From the NCBI GenBank assembly GCA_965153355.1, contig OZ231126.1, forward strand, positions 44,826,001-44,890,000: a stretch of DNA of 64,000 nucleotides, read 5' to 3'. The translations under genes and the position numbers were made by a program. Origin of the DNA: Flaccisagitta enflata. Lineage: Eukaryota. A model generated the notes under the pieces. It was not told where the DNA came from. It searched no databases and saw nothing but the letters and a program-made list of their open reading frames with translations. Of the stretch, positions 14,901 through 25,897 are shown one piece after another (position 1 is the stretch's first letter; each line of letters begins with the position of its first letter).

Positions 14901-16154
14901 TTTAATTCAATCCATTTCTTTCGATTCTCCAGAGTATAACTCAATGAACAATCGACCGATTTCTTCCTCCTCCTCCTCCTTTCCTTTTCTTGAAATTCTC
15001 TTTGGTGTTTCGGCACGCCCCCCCCCTTTAGTAAAGAGCCTTTTACCAATTTGAATAAAAGGGAACCCTGTCGATATACGTCGGTCCGTTGCTCTGTCGG
15101 TCTGTTGTTCTATCGGTCCATCACTCCGTCATTCAGTTAGTCAGTCAGGCCTTCAGTCCGTCGTTCCGTCGATCTGTCGGTTCTTCTGTCCGTCATTCCG
15201 TTCTTACGTCGTTCCACCCATTAAGATCAACTACTTCTTCACAATTGAACAAACGAAGTCATCTTGACGATCGATCGGGCGGTCGGTCGGTTGGAGTGAT
15301 CACGTCAACGCAACGTCAGATATTCTTATCACTTGAATATCCACAGAGAACTTTTAAACATGTCTTGTTTTCTTCCTTAATTGCTTCGCCCAAAAAAGAT
15401 GTAACAGCAATGGACAGCTTTTAACACATGGTCCACATTTAGGCGGAAAATGTGTGAAATTTTTGATGATTTTAAGGATAGTTGTGATGGCTGCGCATTA
15501 AGCACCAGTTAGAGCTCCAAAGGCTCTTGTCCTTATTTTGTTTTTGTTTTTTGGATTGCAATATAATGTTGTCCAAGTCATATAGCAAATGTAACTACAG
15601 TAACATTAGATTTACACCGAAGATATCTGATTAGTAGTATTTTGTGTAGCAAAAAGATTTGATTTCGATTCAAATCATAGAAAGCTTATTTCGATCATGA
15701 TATTCAAATGGCAATGTCAAAATGTTACTGTCATTGTTTTCCAAGGTTTAATTGACAGTGTAAATCGCAACTACGGCTTATGATGTCCCAACTAAATCAA
15801 ATAAAGCTCATGAGTTCAGCTTCAGTAAATGATGTTTTAGAGCTTTTGACAGAAATTATGATCCTCAATCCTTGGTCAAGATATCCTAGTTCGCCTGAAT
15901 GCGTGCATGTGTTACAATTCGGGCTAGAAGAAAGGACAGACACGCAGATAGACAGACAGACAGACGCGCGTCTGTCAGACAGACACGCGTCAGCCACAAC
16001 AACACGTCAGAGCCAATTAGTAGTCCACTCGCGACCGGACGCGGCCAATCGCGACCAATCACGGCCGGACGCGGCCGTTCTAGTCGGTGGACAAAAATAT
16101 ATATGTAGATATATCAATCTGATGAAATATTTCATATGGTAAGTATGTTTTATT

Positions 16155-16648
16155 CTATAGAGATATTTCAATAGACAAAAATATTTCAGCGGGATGAAAT
16201 ATTTCAGAAGGGTGAAATATTTCAATAGAATGAAATGATACTATTATATCATTTAGCATCTCTTTTTTTGAAAATCGCTTTGATAATAAGATGAATTCTA
16301 TATTTAGTTGCAAACTCGCAACTTTAGAACTTACCCTGTTGGTCGGTCGGTTGGTCAGTTGGTCGATCTGTTGGTTCATCCATAACCAAAACAAGCTTTT
16401 TTTGCTATGCCGCTCCTGCCTACCCATCAGCAACTTGGGGGGAGTGTATACGGCCTTGTTTTGGTTTGCAGACAATTTCATTTCTGATTAGATAAATCAA
16501 TTATTACATAGTGTTAGATAAAATGTTATGGTTATCCCATTCTATTGAGATATTTCACCCTGCTGAGATGTTTCATCCTATTGAGATATTTGACCTTGCT
16601 AAAACGTTTTAATTTCACTTTACTGAGATGTTGCAGTCAGCTCTATAG
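16155..16648. mobile_element. Decayed inverted-repeat MITE containing a family B element (16303-16460)
   Basis: CTATAGAG...CTCTATAG termini, and inverted GAAATATTTCAATAGAATG / CATTCTATTGAGATATTTC sub-repeats. Confidence 0.55.
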
Positions 16649-16649
16649 T

Positions 16650-17615
16650 AGTAAGTTTTATATTCATGAAATATAAAAACAGCAGAGGCGAGACACAAAA
16701 CTCATCAGATTATCAGGTTGGAATACATGCGACAATGGCAAGACAAAGCCTGATACAGATCATTGGATTGTGCGCGCAATAATAAAAAAGACATTCCACT
16801 AATAAACAGAAACAGTTAAGAAAAGGAATGTCATGAAATAAATAATCACCGAGTAATAAGAGGAGGGGGGTCAATCCAGGAAGGCTCTTTACGAGCAGAA
16901 AATAGGCTGAAGGACGTGAGCAGCGCAGCCTTGGAGCCATTTTTAACCATGAGACTAGTGGCTAATTTGGCATCACGACAGCATCTATAAGAGAAAGCCT
17001 TTAAACGAGCCCGATTTTGAACGGTCACTTGGCCGCGTGCCGATATTTCAACAGAAAATGAAAATACCTTATACGTCGCGGATAGATCAGCGATAAGGGG
17101 CGCATACTTCTCTTCCTTGTATGAGTGACTTTGATCAATGTTCCTGTCCCATGGGCAGGTTAGTTCAAATATTATGGCAGTACGCGTAATCTCGTTAACA
17201 ATAAAAAGATCCGGCCTGAGAGATGTGGCCATAATATGAGGAGGAATTGTGCCCCCATGAGGTGCCTGATAACCGGGCATGTCAGAGTAAAGCGTGAAGC
17301 CCTCTAAAAGGCGAGGATGTACAACATTGATTAGCGACGATAGGACAGAGTTATGACGCCATGTGTAGCGAACTTGGTCTAAGAAGACATTACAGTTGGA
17401 TAAAATATGCGCCAGCGTTTGGATATTCCCACAAAAAGGGCATCGATCACTAGTACGTTAACCCCAACTTTTTAGATTGTCAAAAGAAGGCAGCGTGTTT
17501 ATTCCGGCGTTAATGGCAAACTTCAAAATACCCTGAGGAATATCCCACAGATAGCTCCTCCAAGAAATACAACTCCCTTCTTCCATAATCAACACCAAAT
17601 AATCACCTTGCATTA
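16650..17615 (-). mobile_element. 5'-truncated RLE-clade non-LTR retrotransposon (R2/NeSL/HERO-like) remnant with 3' UTR
   Basis: The minus-strand frame 17613-16846 encodes a CX2CX7HX4C knuckle (CPFCGNIQTLAHILSNC), RYTWRHNSVL, and the restriction-like endonuclease motifs RPDLFIV..FELTCPWD..KEEKY. One in-frame TAA at 17460-17458. No RT domain is present. Confidence 0.92.
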
Positions 17616-17964
17616 CATTACATTACGTGAGTTATCTCATCAAGTTTCATAAATGCACATGGTGTTTTGTCCACTGACTGTATCGTGGATCCTCGCAAAC
17701 TTTGTTCAACGTTGGCAGACTTTTAGACGTCGGACGCTTTTTAGTTTTGTTTACTCAAGATTCCATTATCTCTGCCTTTGGTCAACTTCTGTCTATCATC
17801 GTTTTTGTTTTGTTTTACTGTCTGTACTTCTTTCTTTTTCTAGCTTCAGTCTGTATCATTGTTTTGTTTGTTTTTGTTTTACTCTCTGTGCTTATTTCTT
17901 TTAATCGTTATCATTGTTTATGTTTTATATTGTATCTGTTTCTCTCTTTTTAGCTTCTACAGTA

Positions 17965-18360
17965 CAGAGAAAAGATTAATATAAGGTGTGAACCCCCTGA
18001 AAACTGTAGCACCCCCACCTACAGCTCTAGCCGATTAATTAAAGACACTTTAAAAAGTAGATATTTATATCAATGCAAGTGGCGTCACCAGAGCGATTTT
18101 TTAATTTTGCTTTTTAAGTCAAAATATAGCTTAATAAAGCACTAAAATTAACTATTATTAAAAGTTCATAAAATCAAGGATTTTATATTATAATTTGAGA
18201 TTAAAATGGAAATTGCAAAATCGCTCTGGTGGCGCCACTTGTACAGTAACAAACTTTAATTAGCAATATAAAATTTATTATTCATCACTATAGTTTGATC
18301 TGTAAGGGGGGGGTGCTACAGTTTTAGGGGGGTTCACATCTTATATTTCTCCTTCCTCTG
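17965..18360. mobile_element. Palindromic Tc1/mariner-type MITE
   Basis: TA|CAGAG...CTCTG|TA with long inverted arms (tgtgaacccc..aaaactgtagcacccccc / ggggggtgctacagtttt..ggggttcaca). Confidence 0.85.
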
Positions 18361-18841
18361 TATGTTTCATCTCGTTTGCAACATTTGGTGACGACATAAC
18401 TCCAAAAGTAAAAAAGATAATCAAATTCTGAAAAAAGTCTCTGAAAGATACATGTCTGGTATTTTATTATGAACGATTCTTAAAGATTTTTTCAGAGAAA
18501 GTGACCCTTTTTCCACATATATACTGATAATTTTGCAATTTGAAATAAACCATTTTGGCATGCTGTCAATAAAACTGATTTTCTTAGATTTGTCTCATTT
18601 CTGAAAATTTGAGTTTTTAACACCAGATTGGCTTTAAACTAAAGATATTCGATATGATTCATGGAAACAAAGAGAGAAAAATGCCCCTTTAATGCTATTT
18701 AGTGAAAAAAAAACAGGAAAAGTGGCTCTTTTGCCAAAAAATAACATTTTTTCATTACATGTCATCGCCGAAAAAGCAACGCTAGCACGGGACCAAACAT
18801 GGGCATAAAGATGGTACAGACTACAGATGCAAGGACATATG

Positions 18842-21800
18842 CAGTGGGTGGCATGCTAATGGTAGAAATCTTTTCCATAGCGAAATCATTTCCATTAACA
18901 AAACTTTTCTATCTAGAAAAGATTTCTATGGCCAAATCTCTTCACATCATGAATCTCTCAGCTGTAGGAGATAAAATGACGTAGACAATGATTCGTTATC
19001 ACTGTTAGGCTATTGCTTGTCTTGACTCAGTTGGAAGGGGGATCTCACAGGATTATGTTGCGGAAATGAAATGATCGTGTTTATAGGATGCAACGATAGC
19101 GCAGTTGACATTCTAAGATTACATAAAGGACGCTTATCATCCGCACGCTACACATCGATGATTCGTTAAGGCTATTGGGTTGTCTGTAGACTCGCGATTC
19201 CGTCTGTAGACTCGCCATTCCATCTGTAGACTCGCCATTCCATCTGTAGACTCGCGATTCCGTCTGTAGACTCGCGATTCTATCTGTAGACTCGCGATTC
19301 TGTCTGTAGACTCGCGATTCCGTCTGTAGACTCGCGATTCCGTCTGTAGACTCGCGATTCTGTCCGTAGACTCGCGATTCTGTCTGTAGACTCGCGATTC
19401 CGTCCGTAGACTCGTAATTCCGTCTGTAGGCTCGCGATTCCGTCTGTTGACTCACGATTCCGCCTGTAGACCCGCGATTCCGTTTGAAGAATTGTGATTC
19501 CCTCTGTAAACTTGCAATTTTGTCTGTAGACTCGCGATTCCGTCTGTCAACTCGCAATTCTGTCTGTCGACTCGCAATCCCATCTATCCACTTGGGATTC
19601 CATCTATCAACTCGCAATTCCGAGTGTAGTCTCACAATTCCATCTGTAGATTCTGTCTGTAGTCTTGCGTTTCCATCTGTAGAATAGCAATTCTATCTGT
19701 AGATTCACGATTCAGTCTGTCAAATTGCAATTCCGTCTGTCGACTCACGATTCTATCTGTCAACTCGCGATTCCGTCTGTCAACTTGCGATTCCGTCTGT
19801 CGACTCGCGATTCCGTCTGTCGACTCGCGATTCCGTCTGTCGACTCGCGATTCCGTCTGTCGACTCGCGATTCCGTCTGTCGACTCGCGATTCCGTCTGT
19901 CGACTCGCGATTCCGTCTGTCAAATCGCAATTCTGTCTGTCAACTCGCCATTTTGTCTGTCGACTCGGGATTCCGTCTGTAGACTTGCAATTCTGTCGGT
20001 TACTCGCGCTTCCGTCTGTAGAATCGCGATTCTGTCTGTCGACTCCCAATTCCATCTGTCAACTCACAATTCTGTCTGTCAACTTGTAATTCCGTCTGTC
20101 GACTCGCAATTCTGTCTGTCCATTTGCAATTCCTTCTGTCGACTCGCAATTCTGTCTGTCGACTCGCAATTCCGTCTGTCAACTTGCTATTCCTTCTGTC
20201 AACTTGCAATTCTGTCTGTTGACTTGCCATTCCGTCTAGTTGACTCACAATTCCGTCTGTCCACTCGCAATTCCGTCTGTTGACTCGCTATTCCCTCTGT
20301 TGACTCGCAATTCTGTCTATCAACCGTCGACTCCATCAGTCTACTCGCGATTCTGTCTGTCGACTCGCAATTCTGTCTGTCAACTTGCGATTACATCTGT
20401 CAACTCGCGATTTTGTTGTCGACTCGCTATTCCGTCTGCCAACTTGCAATTCCGTCTGTCAACTTGCAATTCCGTCTGTCAACTTGCAATTCCGTCTGTC
20501 AACTTGCAATTCCGTCTGTAGACTTGCGATTCTGTCTGTAGACTTGCGATTCTGTCTGTAGACTTGCGATTCTGTCTGTAGACTTGCGATTCTGTGTGAA
20601 GGCTTGCGATTCCATCTGTAGACTCGCGACTCCATCTGTAGACTCGCAATTCCATCTGTAGGCTCTCAATTCTGTATGTAGACTCGCGACTCATCTGTAG
20701 ACTCGCTTTTCCGTATGAAGAATTGCGGTTCTGTCTGTCAACTCGCAATTCCGTCTGTCAACTCACAATTCTGTCTGTCAACTTGCAATTCCGTCTGTCA
20801 ACTCGCAATTCCGTCGGCCAACTCGCAATTCCGTCGGCCGACTCACAATTCCGTCGGCCGACTCACAATTCCGTCGGCCAACTCACAATTCCGTCGGCCA
20901 ACTCACAATTCCGTCTGCCGACTCACAATTCCGTCTGCCGACTCACAATTCCGTCTGCCGACTCACAATTCCGTCTGCCGACTCACAATTCTGTCTGCCG
21001 ACACGCAATTCCGTCTGCCGACTCGCAATTCTGCCTGTCGACTTGCAATTCCGTCTGTCGACTTGCAATTCAGTCTGTCGACTCACAATTCCGTCTGTTG
21101 ACTAGGGATTCTGTCTGTCGACTCACAGTCCTGTCTGTCAATTTCCAATTCCGTTAGTTGACTCACAATTCCGTCTGACGACTCACGATTCTGTCTGTTG
21201 ACTCGCGATACCCTGTTGACTCGCGATTCTGTCTATCAACTGGCGACTCCGTTTGTCGACTTGCAATTCTGTCTGGCGACTCCGTTTGTCGACTTGCAAT
21301 TCTGTCTGTAGACTCGCGATTCCGTCTGTAGGCTCGCGATTCCGTCTGTAGACTCGCGATTCCGTCTGTAGACTCGCGATTCCGTCTGTAGACTCGCGAT
21401 TCCGTCTGTAGACTCGCGATTCTGTCTGTAGACTCGCGATTCCGTCTGTAGGCTCGCGATTCCGTCTGTAGACTCGCGATTTGGTCTGTGGACTCGCGAT
21501 TCCGTCTGTAGACTCGCGATTCCATCTATAGACTCGCGATTCCGTCTGTAGACTCGCGATTCCGTCTGTAGACTCGCGATACGTCTGTAAACTCGCGATT
21601 CCCGTCTGTAGACTCGGCGATTCCGTCTGTAGACTCGCGATTCCGTTTACGCCAGACTCCGCGATTCGTCTGTAGACTCGCAGTTGTCTGTAGACTCTTG
21701 ATTCCATCTGAACTCGCGATTCCGTCTGTAGACTCGCGATTCCGTCTGTAGACTCGCGATTCCCCGTCTGTGGACTCGCAATTCCGTCTGTAGACTCGCA

Positions 21801-23038
21801 ATTCCGTCTGTAGACTCGCGATTCCGTGTGTAGACTCGCGATTCCATCTGTAGACTCGCGATTCTGTCTGTAGACTCGCGATTCCGTCTGTAGGCTCGCG
21901 ATTCCGTCTGTAGACTCGCGATTTGGTCTGTGGACTCGCGATTCCGTCTGTAGACTCGCGATTCCGTCTGTAGACTCGCGATTCCGTCTGTAGACTCGCG
22001 ATTCCGTCTGTAGACTCGCGATTCCGTCTGTAGACTCGCGATTCCGTCTGTAGACTCGCGATTCCGTCGTCTGTGAACTCGCGATTCCGTCTGTAGACTC
22101 GCGATTCCCGCTTTTGTGAACTCACTTGATTCCGTCTGTCAGACTCGCGATTCCGTCCTGTAGACTCGCGATTCCATCTGTAGACTCCTGCGATTCCCGT
22201 CTGAGACTCGCGATTCCGTCTGTAGACTCGCGATTCCGTCTGTAGACTCGCAATTCCGTCTGTAGACTAGCGATTCCGTGTGTAGACTCGCAATTCCATC
22301 TGATGACTCGTGATTCTGTATGGTGACTCGGGATTCTTCGAATTGTGAATCACAATCCGTCTGAGACTCGCGATTCCATCCGTAGACTTGCGATTCTATC
22401 CGTAGACTCGCGATTCCGTCTGATGATTCACAATTCCGTCTGACTCGCGATTTCGTCTATTGACTCCTGACTGTCTGTTTACTCCTGATTCCTTCTGTTA
22501 ACTCCTGATTCTTTCTGTTAACTTATGATTCCGTCTGTTGACCCCCGATTCTGTCTGCTGTTTCTGTTTGCTTAATAACAATTTTGTCCATTCAATCCTG
22601 ATTTTGATGCTTTAATCCCATTTCTGTCTGTTCAATTGCGTATCGCGATTCTATATATCTGTTCAATCTCAATTCTGTCTATTGATTCGTTTCAATCTTA
22701 CATTCCCTGGCTCACTAACTCACTTTGCTCACCCCCTCAATCTCTCATAAGATGATTAATATTAATGAATAATTGAAAATGTGTTAACGATTTTTAGGCG
22801 ACGCTACGCCTGGGATTAACCGCGATTCTTGTCAATAGAGACACACCAAATGAGTCATTATAAGCAATAGCCCAACTGCCATAGCGAATCATCATCTACG
22901 TCATTTTATCTCCTATAGCTGAGAGATTCATGATAAGAAAAGATTCGGCTATAGAATTCTTTTCTAGATAGAAAAGATTCCTTTATAGAAATGATTTTGT
23001 TATAGAAATGATTTCTACCATCAGCATGGCGCCCACTG
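18842..23038. mobile_element. Palindromic MITE with ~190-bp arms and CAGTGGG termini, split at its centre by a 3.8-kb satellite-bearing insert
   Basis: 18842-19034 is the reverse complement of 22846-23038 (e.g. tcatgaatctctcagctgtaggagataaaatgacgtaga / tctacgtcattttatctcctatagctgagagattcatga). TSD unclear. Confidence 0.85.
19181..22560. repeat. 20-bp tandem satellite, about 170 units, consensus GACTCGCGATTCCGTCTGTA
   Basis: Direct 20-bp periodicity with blocks of variant units and no unique spacers. The right edge decays out to about 22690. Confidence 0.97.
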
Positions 23039-23642
23039 TGAATGTTGGTGACAATTGACCATTTTGTTATGTCCAAACTCAAATTTTAATACTGAATGGT
23101 TTAGGGTCAGTAAAACAAACAAAATATGACCAGTTTTCAGGGCTGAATCTTTTTTTCTTGCTTTATTTGATAAGACTTGTCTTTATAGATATACAGATAT
23201 CAAAAAAATTGAGCTAGAACTCCAGGGTTGGTCTCAAATGATAGGAAATTTTTCAGAGATAATACATTTTCCTCAAAAATTTTTAAAAAGTTGGATATAA
23301 ATTGAGGTTATCATTGGTTTTTGACAATCATTGCTAAAAGCCAGACTGTCAATCATTTGAAAATCATTCAAATCTTCATAGATACAATAAAATAATGAAA
23401 ATTTCCAGCAAAACTTTTATTCATGATTTGTAACTGTTCATTTAAGACCAACCCCAGGGTTCAAGCTTGCTTAATCAGGAAAAGTGCAATAATAGAAAAA
23501 AGATTCTTCCAAGTATAGTTGGGATAAATTGATTTTTTTCCATAAAACTGATAGCTTTTCAATATTTTATGACCCCCAACCTATTCAGTTATAAAGTCTG
23601 AGATTTGGCATGACAAAATGATCAGTTGTCACCAACATTCAC
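23039..23642. mobile_element. Foldback MITE
   Basis: TGAATGTTGGTGACAA...TTGTCACCAACATTCA inverted termini with about 80 bp of further inverted similarity. Confidence 0.75.
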
Positions 23643-24485
23643 TAAAAATTTGAAGGCTTTAGGGCTTGTAGTTTTGGAGCTACAAAGGTTTACTATTTGC
23701 CATTTCGATTTAAAGACGGTGTAGATACGAAGATGTTGAGATAAAGAGATAGATGTGAACTGACTCCTCGTTGGTTGGTCGGTCGGTAGGTCAGTCTGTT
23801 CGTCACGCAAATGTTTGAATGGCAAAATCTGAGGCTGATTTATACCAAAACCAGCACCAACAAACTCCCCTCATTTGTACGTATTTGTACTTCCTCGAGA
23901 CACTGAAACATGTCTATGGGAGCGGCATTTTTCATTTCATCTTCGTCTTTTGCTTTGTTTTGATGTTATTTCAAGTGCGGACAAACAGACGCGCAGACAA
24001 ACAGACGCGCGGACGTGCAGATGGATGATGTCATTTCCAAGTCTTCGGTCTTTAGATTCTTAGTCTCCTTCGGGGCCACTGCCCTGATTTTTCTCACTCC
24101 AATTCGCAATAGCCTAACAGCAATTGAAGTGATGTCATAGAAAAATTCAATAGCAAAGGGAAATTATGTTTTCAGATGATCCATGAAAAAATTTAGCCCT
24201 TGAACCCCAAGAAATTGTCGCCGCCGCTCACCCCCTTTCCTGTGTTAAAACACCCAGAGGCAAAAATCCTTCCTGTTAAGTGCACACTTTCTCTGGGATA
24301 TGAGAGGAGTGGCGGCAATAATCTTAAGAGGTCTCAGGACTAGATATTTGTTGTGGCTCATGTGTTTACATAATTTTAAGTAATTTCCTAAGACTTATAA
24401 TAAACGCTTCAGCGGCTTCACAATCATGCAGAGCAAATCAACGGGTATCGCTGACCCTGGGGCAACTTGTTCTATCTATCTTCAG

Positions 24486-24625
24486 GCTTATCTGTTACTC
24501 ATGTTGACGCCAAAGATGAATATTTCAGATGTGTTGTTTGTCTGGCTACTGAAGTTCACGATGATTATGGATTGTCTTACGCTCTTCAGCACCTTGTTCT
24601 CCAAGGAAGCAAAAAATATCCAAAG
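24486..24625 (+). CDS. M16C peptidase-like gene (C05D11.1/Cym1-like), first identified exon (internal; upstream exon not found)
   Basis: Acceptor TTCAG| (phase 1) and donor AAG|GTAAGC. Encodes GLSVTHVDAKDEYFRCVVCLATEVHDDYGLSYALQHLVLQGSKKYPK, matching the family pattern LATE.hDD.GLPHTLEHL.F.GS..YP.K with HxxEH changed to YALQH. Confidence 0.9.
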
Positions 24626-24957
24626 GTAAGCGGGGGGGGGGGCGGAGGGTTGATAGGATAAGCGTATGGCTGATTGACTTGTAAATCATAGGAATGCAAA
24701 TGGAAACTGAATTATAATGCCTGCTAAGCTTAAGTAACAGGTCAAACAGTTAAACCCCTCAACAACGGACGCAAGAGTACCTAAAATCCGCCCATGGTGG
24801 ATATAATGTTTTTGTTCTATCAACCTCATGTCATTTCTATCTGATTTACAAGCTGGCAATAACGGCAATTTGGAGTGGCAATTCGGCCCGCAATTTGTAC
24901 TTGAGCAGATAGAATTGGTTTATTTTATTAAATCCGTTTTTGCGGTGTTCAATTGTA

Positions 24958-25810
24958 CAGGGTGTCCCAAGTGGGTTGCAACATAAAGAATAGACATTCT
25001 CAGCTTCTGGAACTCCTGAAAAGAGATCTATAAAGATCTTGGTCTTCGTTTTTTGGGCAGCGGCCCCGAAGGAGACGAAGTCCTGTAGAACACAGGGGGA
25101 CTTTCGTTCGTCCGTTCGTTCGTCCGTCCGTCCATTCGTCCCCCCCATCAGGCTCCTCAGACCTCAAATCTGGCCTCTCAGACACCCAATCTGGCCTCTC
25201 AAGCCTCAAATCCGGCTTCTCAGGCCTCAAATCCAGCCTCCCAGGCCTCAAATCCGGCCTCTCAAACCTCAAATCCAACCTCTCAGGCCTCAAACCTGGC
25301 CTCTCAGGCTTAAAATTAGCCTTCTTAGGCCTCAAATCCAAATCCTCAGGCCTCAAACTCGGCCTCTCAGGCCTCAAACTAGGCGTCTCAGGCCTTAAAT
25401 CAGCTGTCTAAGCCTCAATCTATTGCTCTCAAGCTTCAAATCAGTCCTCTTACCTTTCAAGCCTTAATCTAGCTCTCTTAAGCCTCAAGTCAGCCCTCCC
25501 AATTATCCGATTGGCATTCTCAGGCCTTACATCAGCCTTCTTAGACCTCAGTTTAGGCTCTTGAAGGCCTTCAGTCAGCCCTAACCACTGACGATCCAGG
25601 TCTTACAAACTAGATACGATCTACTGCACGATCAAAGTGATTCTCGTCTTCAATAGATACGAGAAGAGATAGCTATAAATGGATTATTAGATATAGCTAG
25701 ATATCGATTTCCGATATGATTCAACATTTTTTTCATAGTTAACGTATTATTAATAAATGTTTTACCATGTAACTATTTTTTAAATAAGGTGTGTGTGTGG
25801 GGGGTCTGTG

Positions 25811-25897
<87 letters not shown>

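Noticed and set aside
16685-16715. CTGATGAG on the minus strand as a hammerhead ribozyme core (also CTGATGA at about 402 and 53111)
   Set aside because: No properly placed stem II plus GAAA and stem III could be built.
21575-22210. Indel-rich satellite units as a biological hypervariable zone
   Set aside because: Scattered 1-2 bp indels in otherwise homogeneous units look like long-read consensus error. This cannot be resolved without reads.
19181-22560. CRISPR-like array, or a repeat protein (ORFs with RNRESTDGIASLQTESRVYR)
   Set aside because: Units are directly adjacent with no unique spacers and there are no cas genes. The 20-aa peptide repeat is just three 20-bp units read through all frames.
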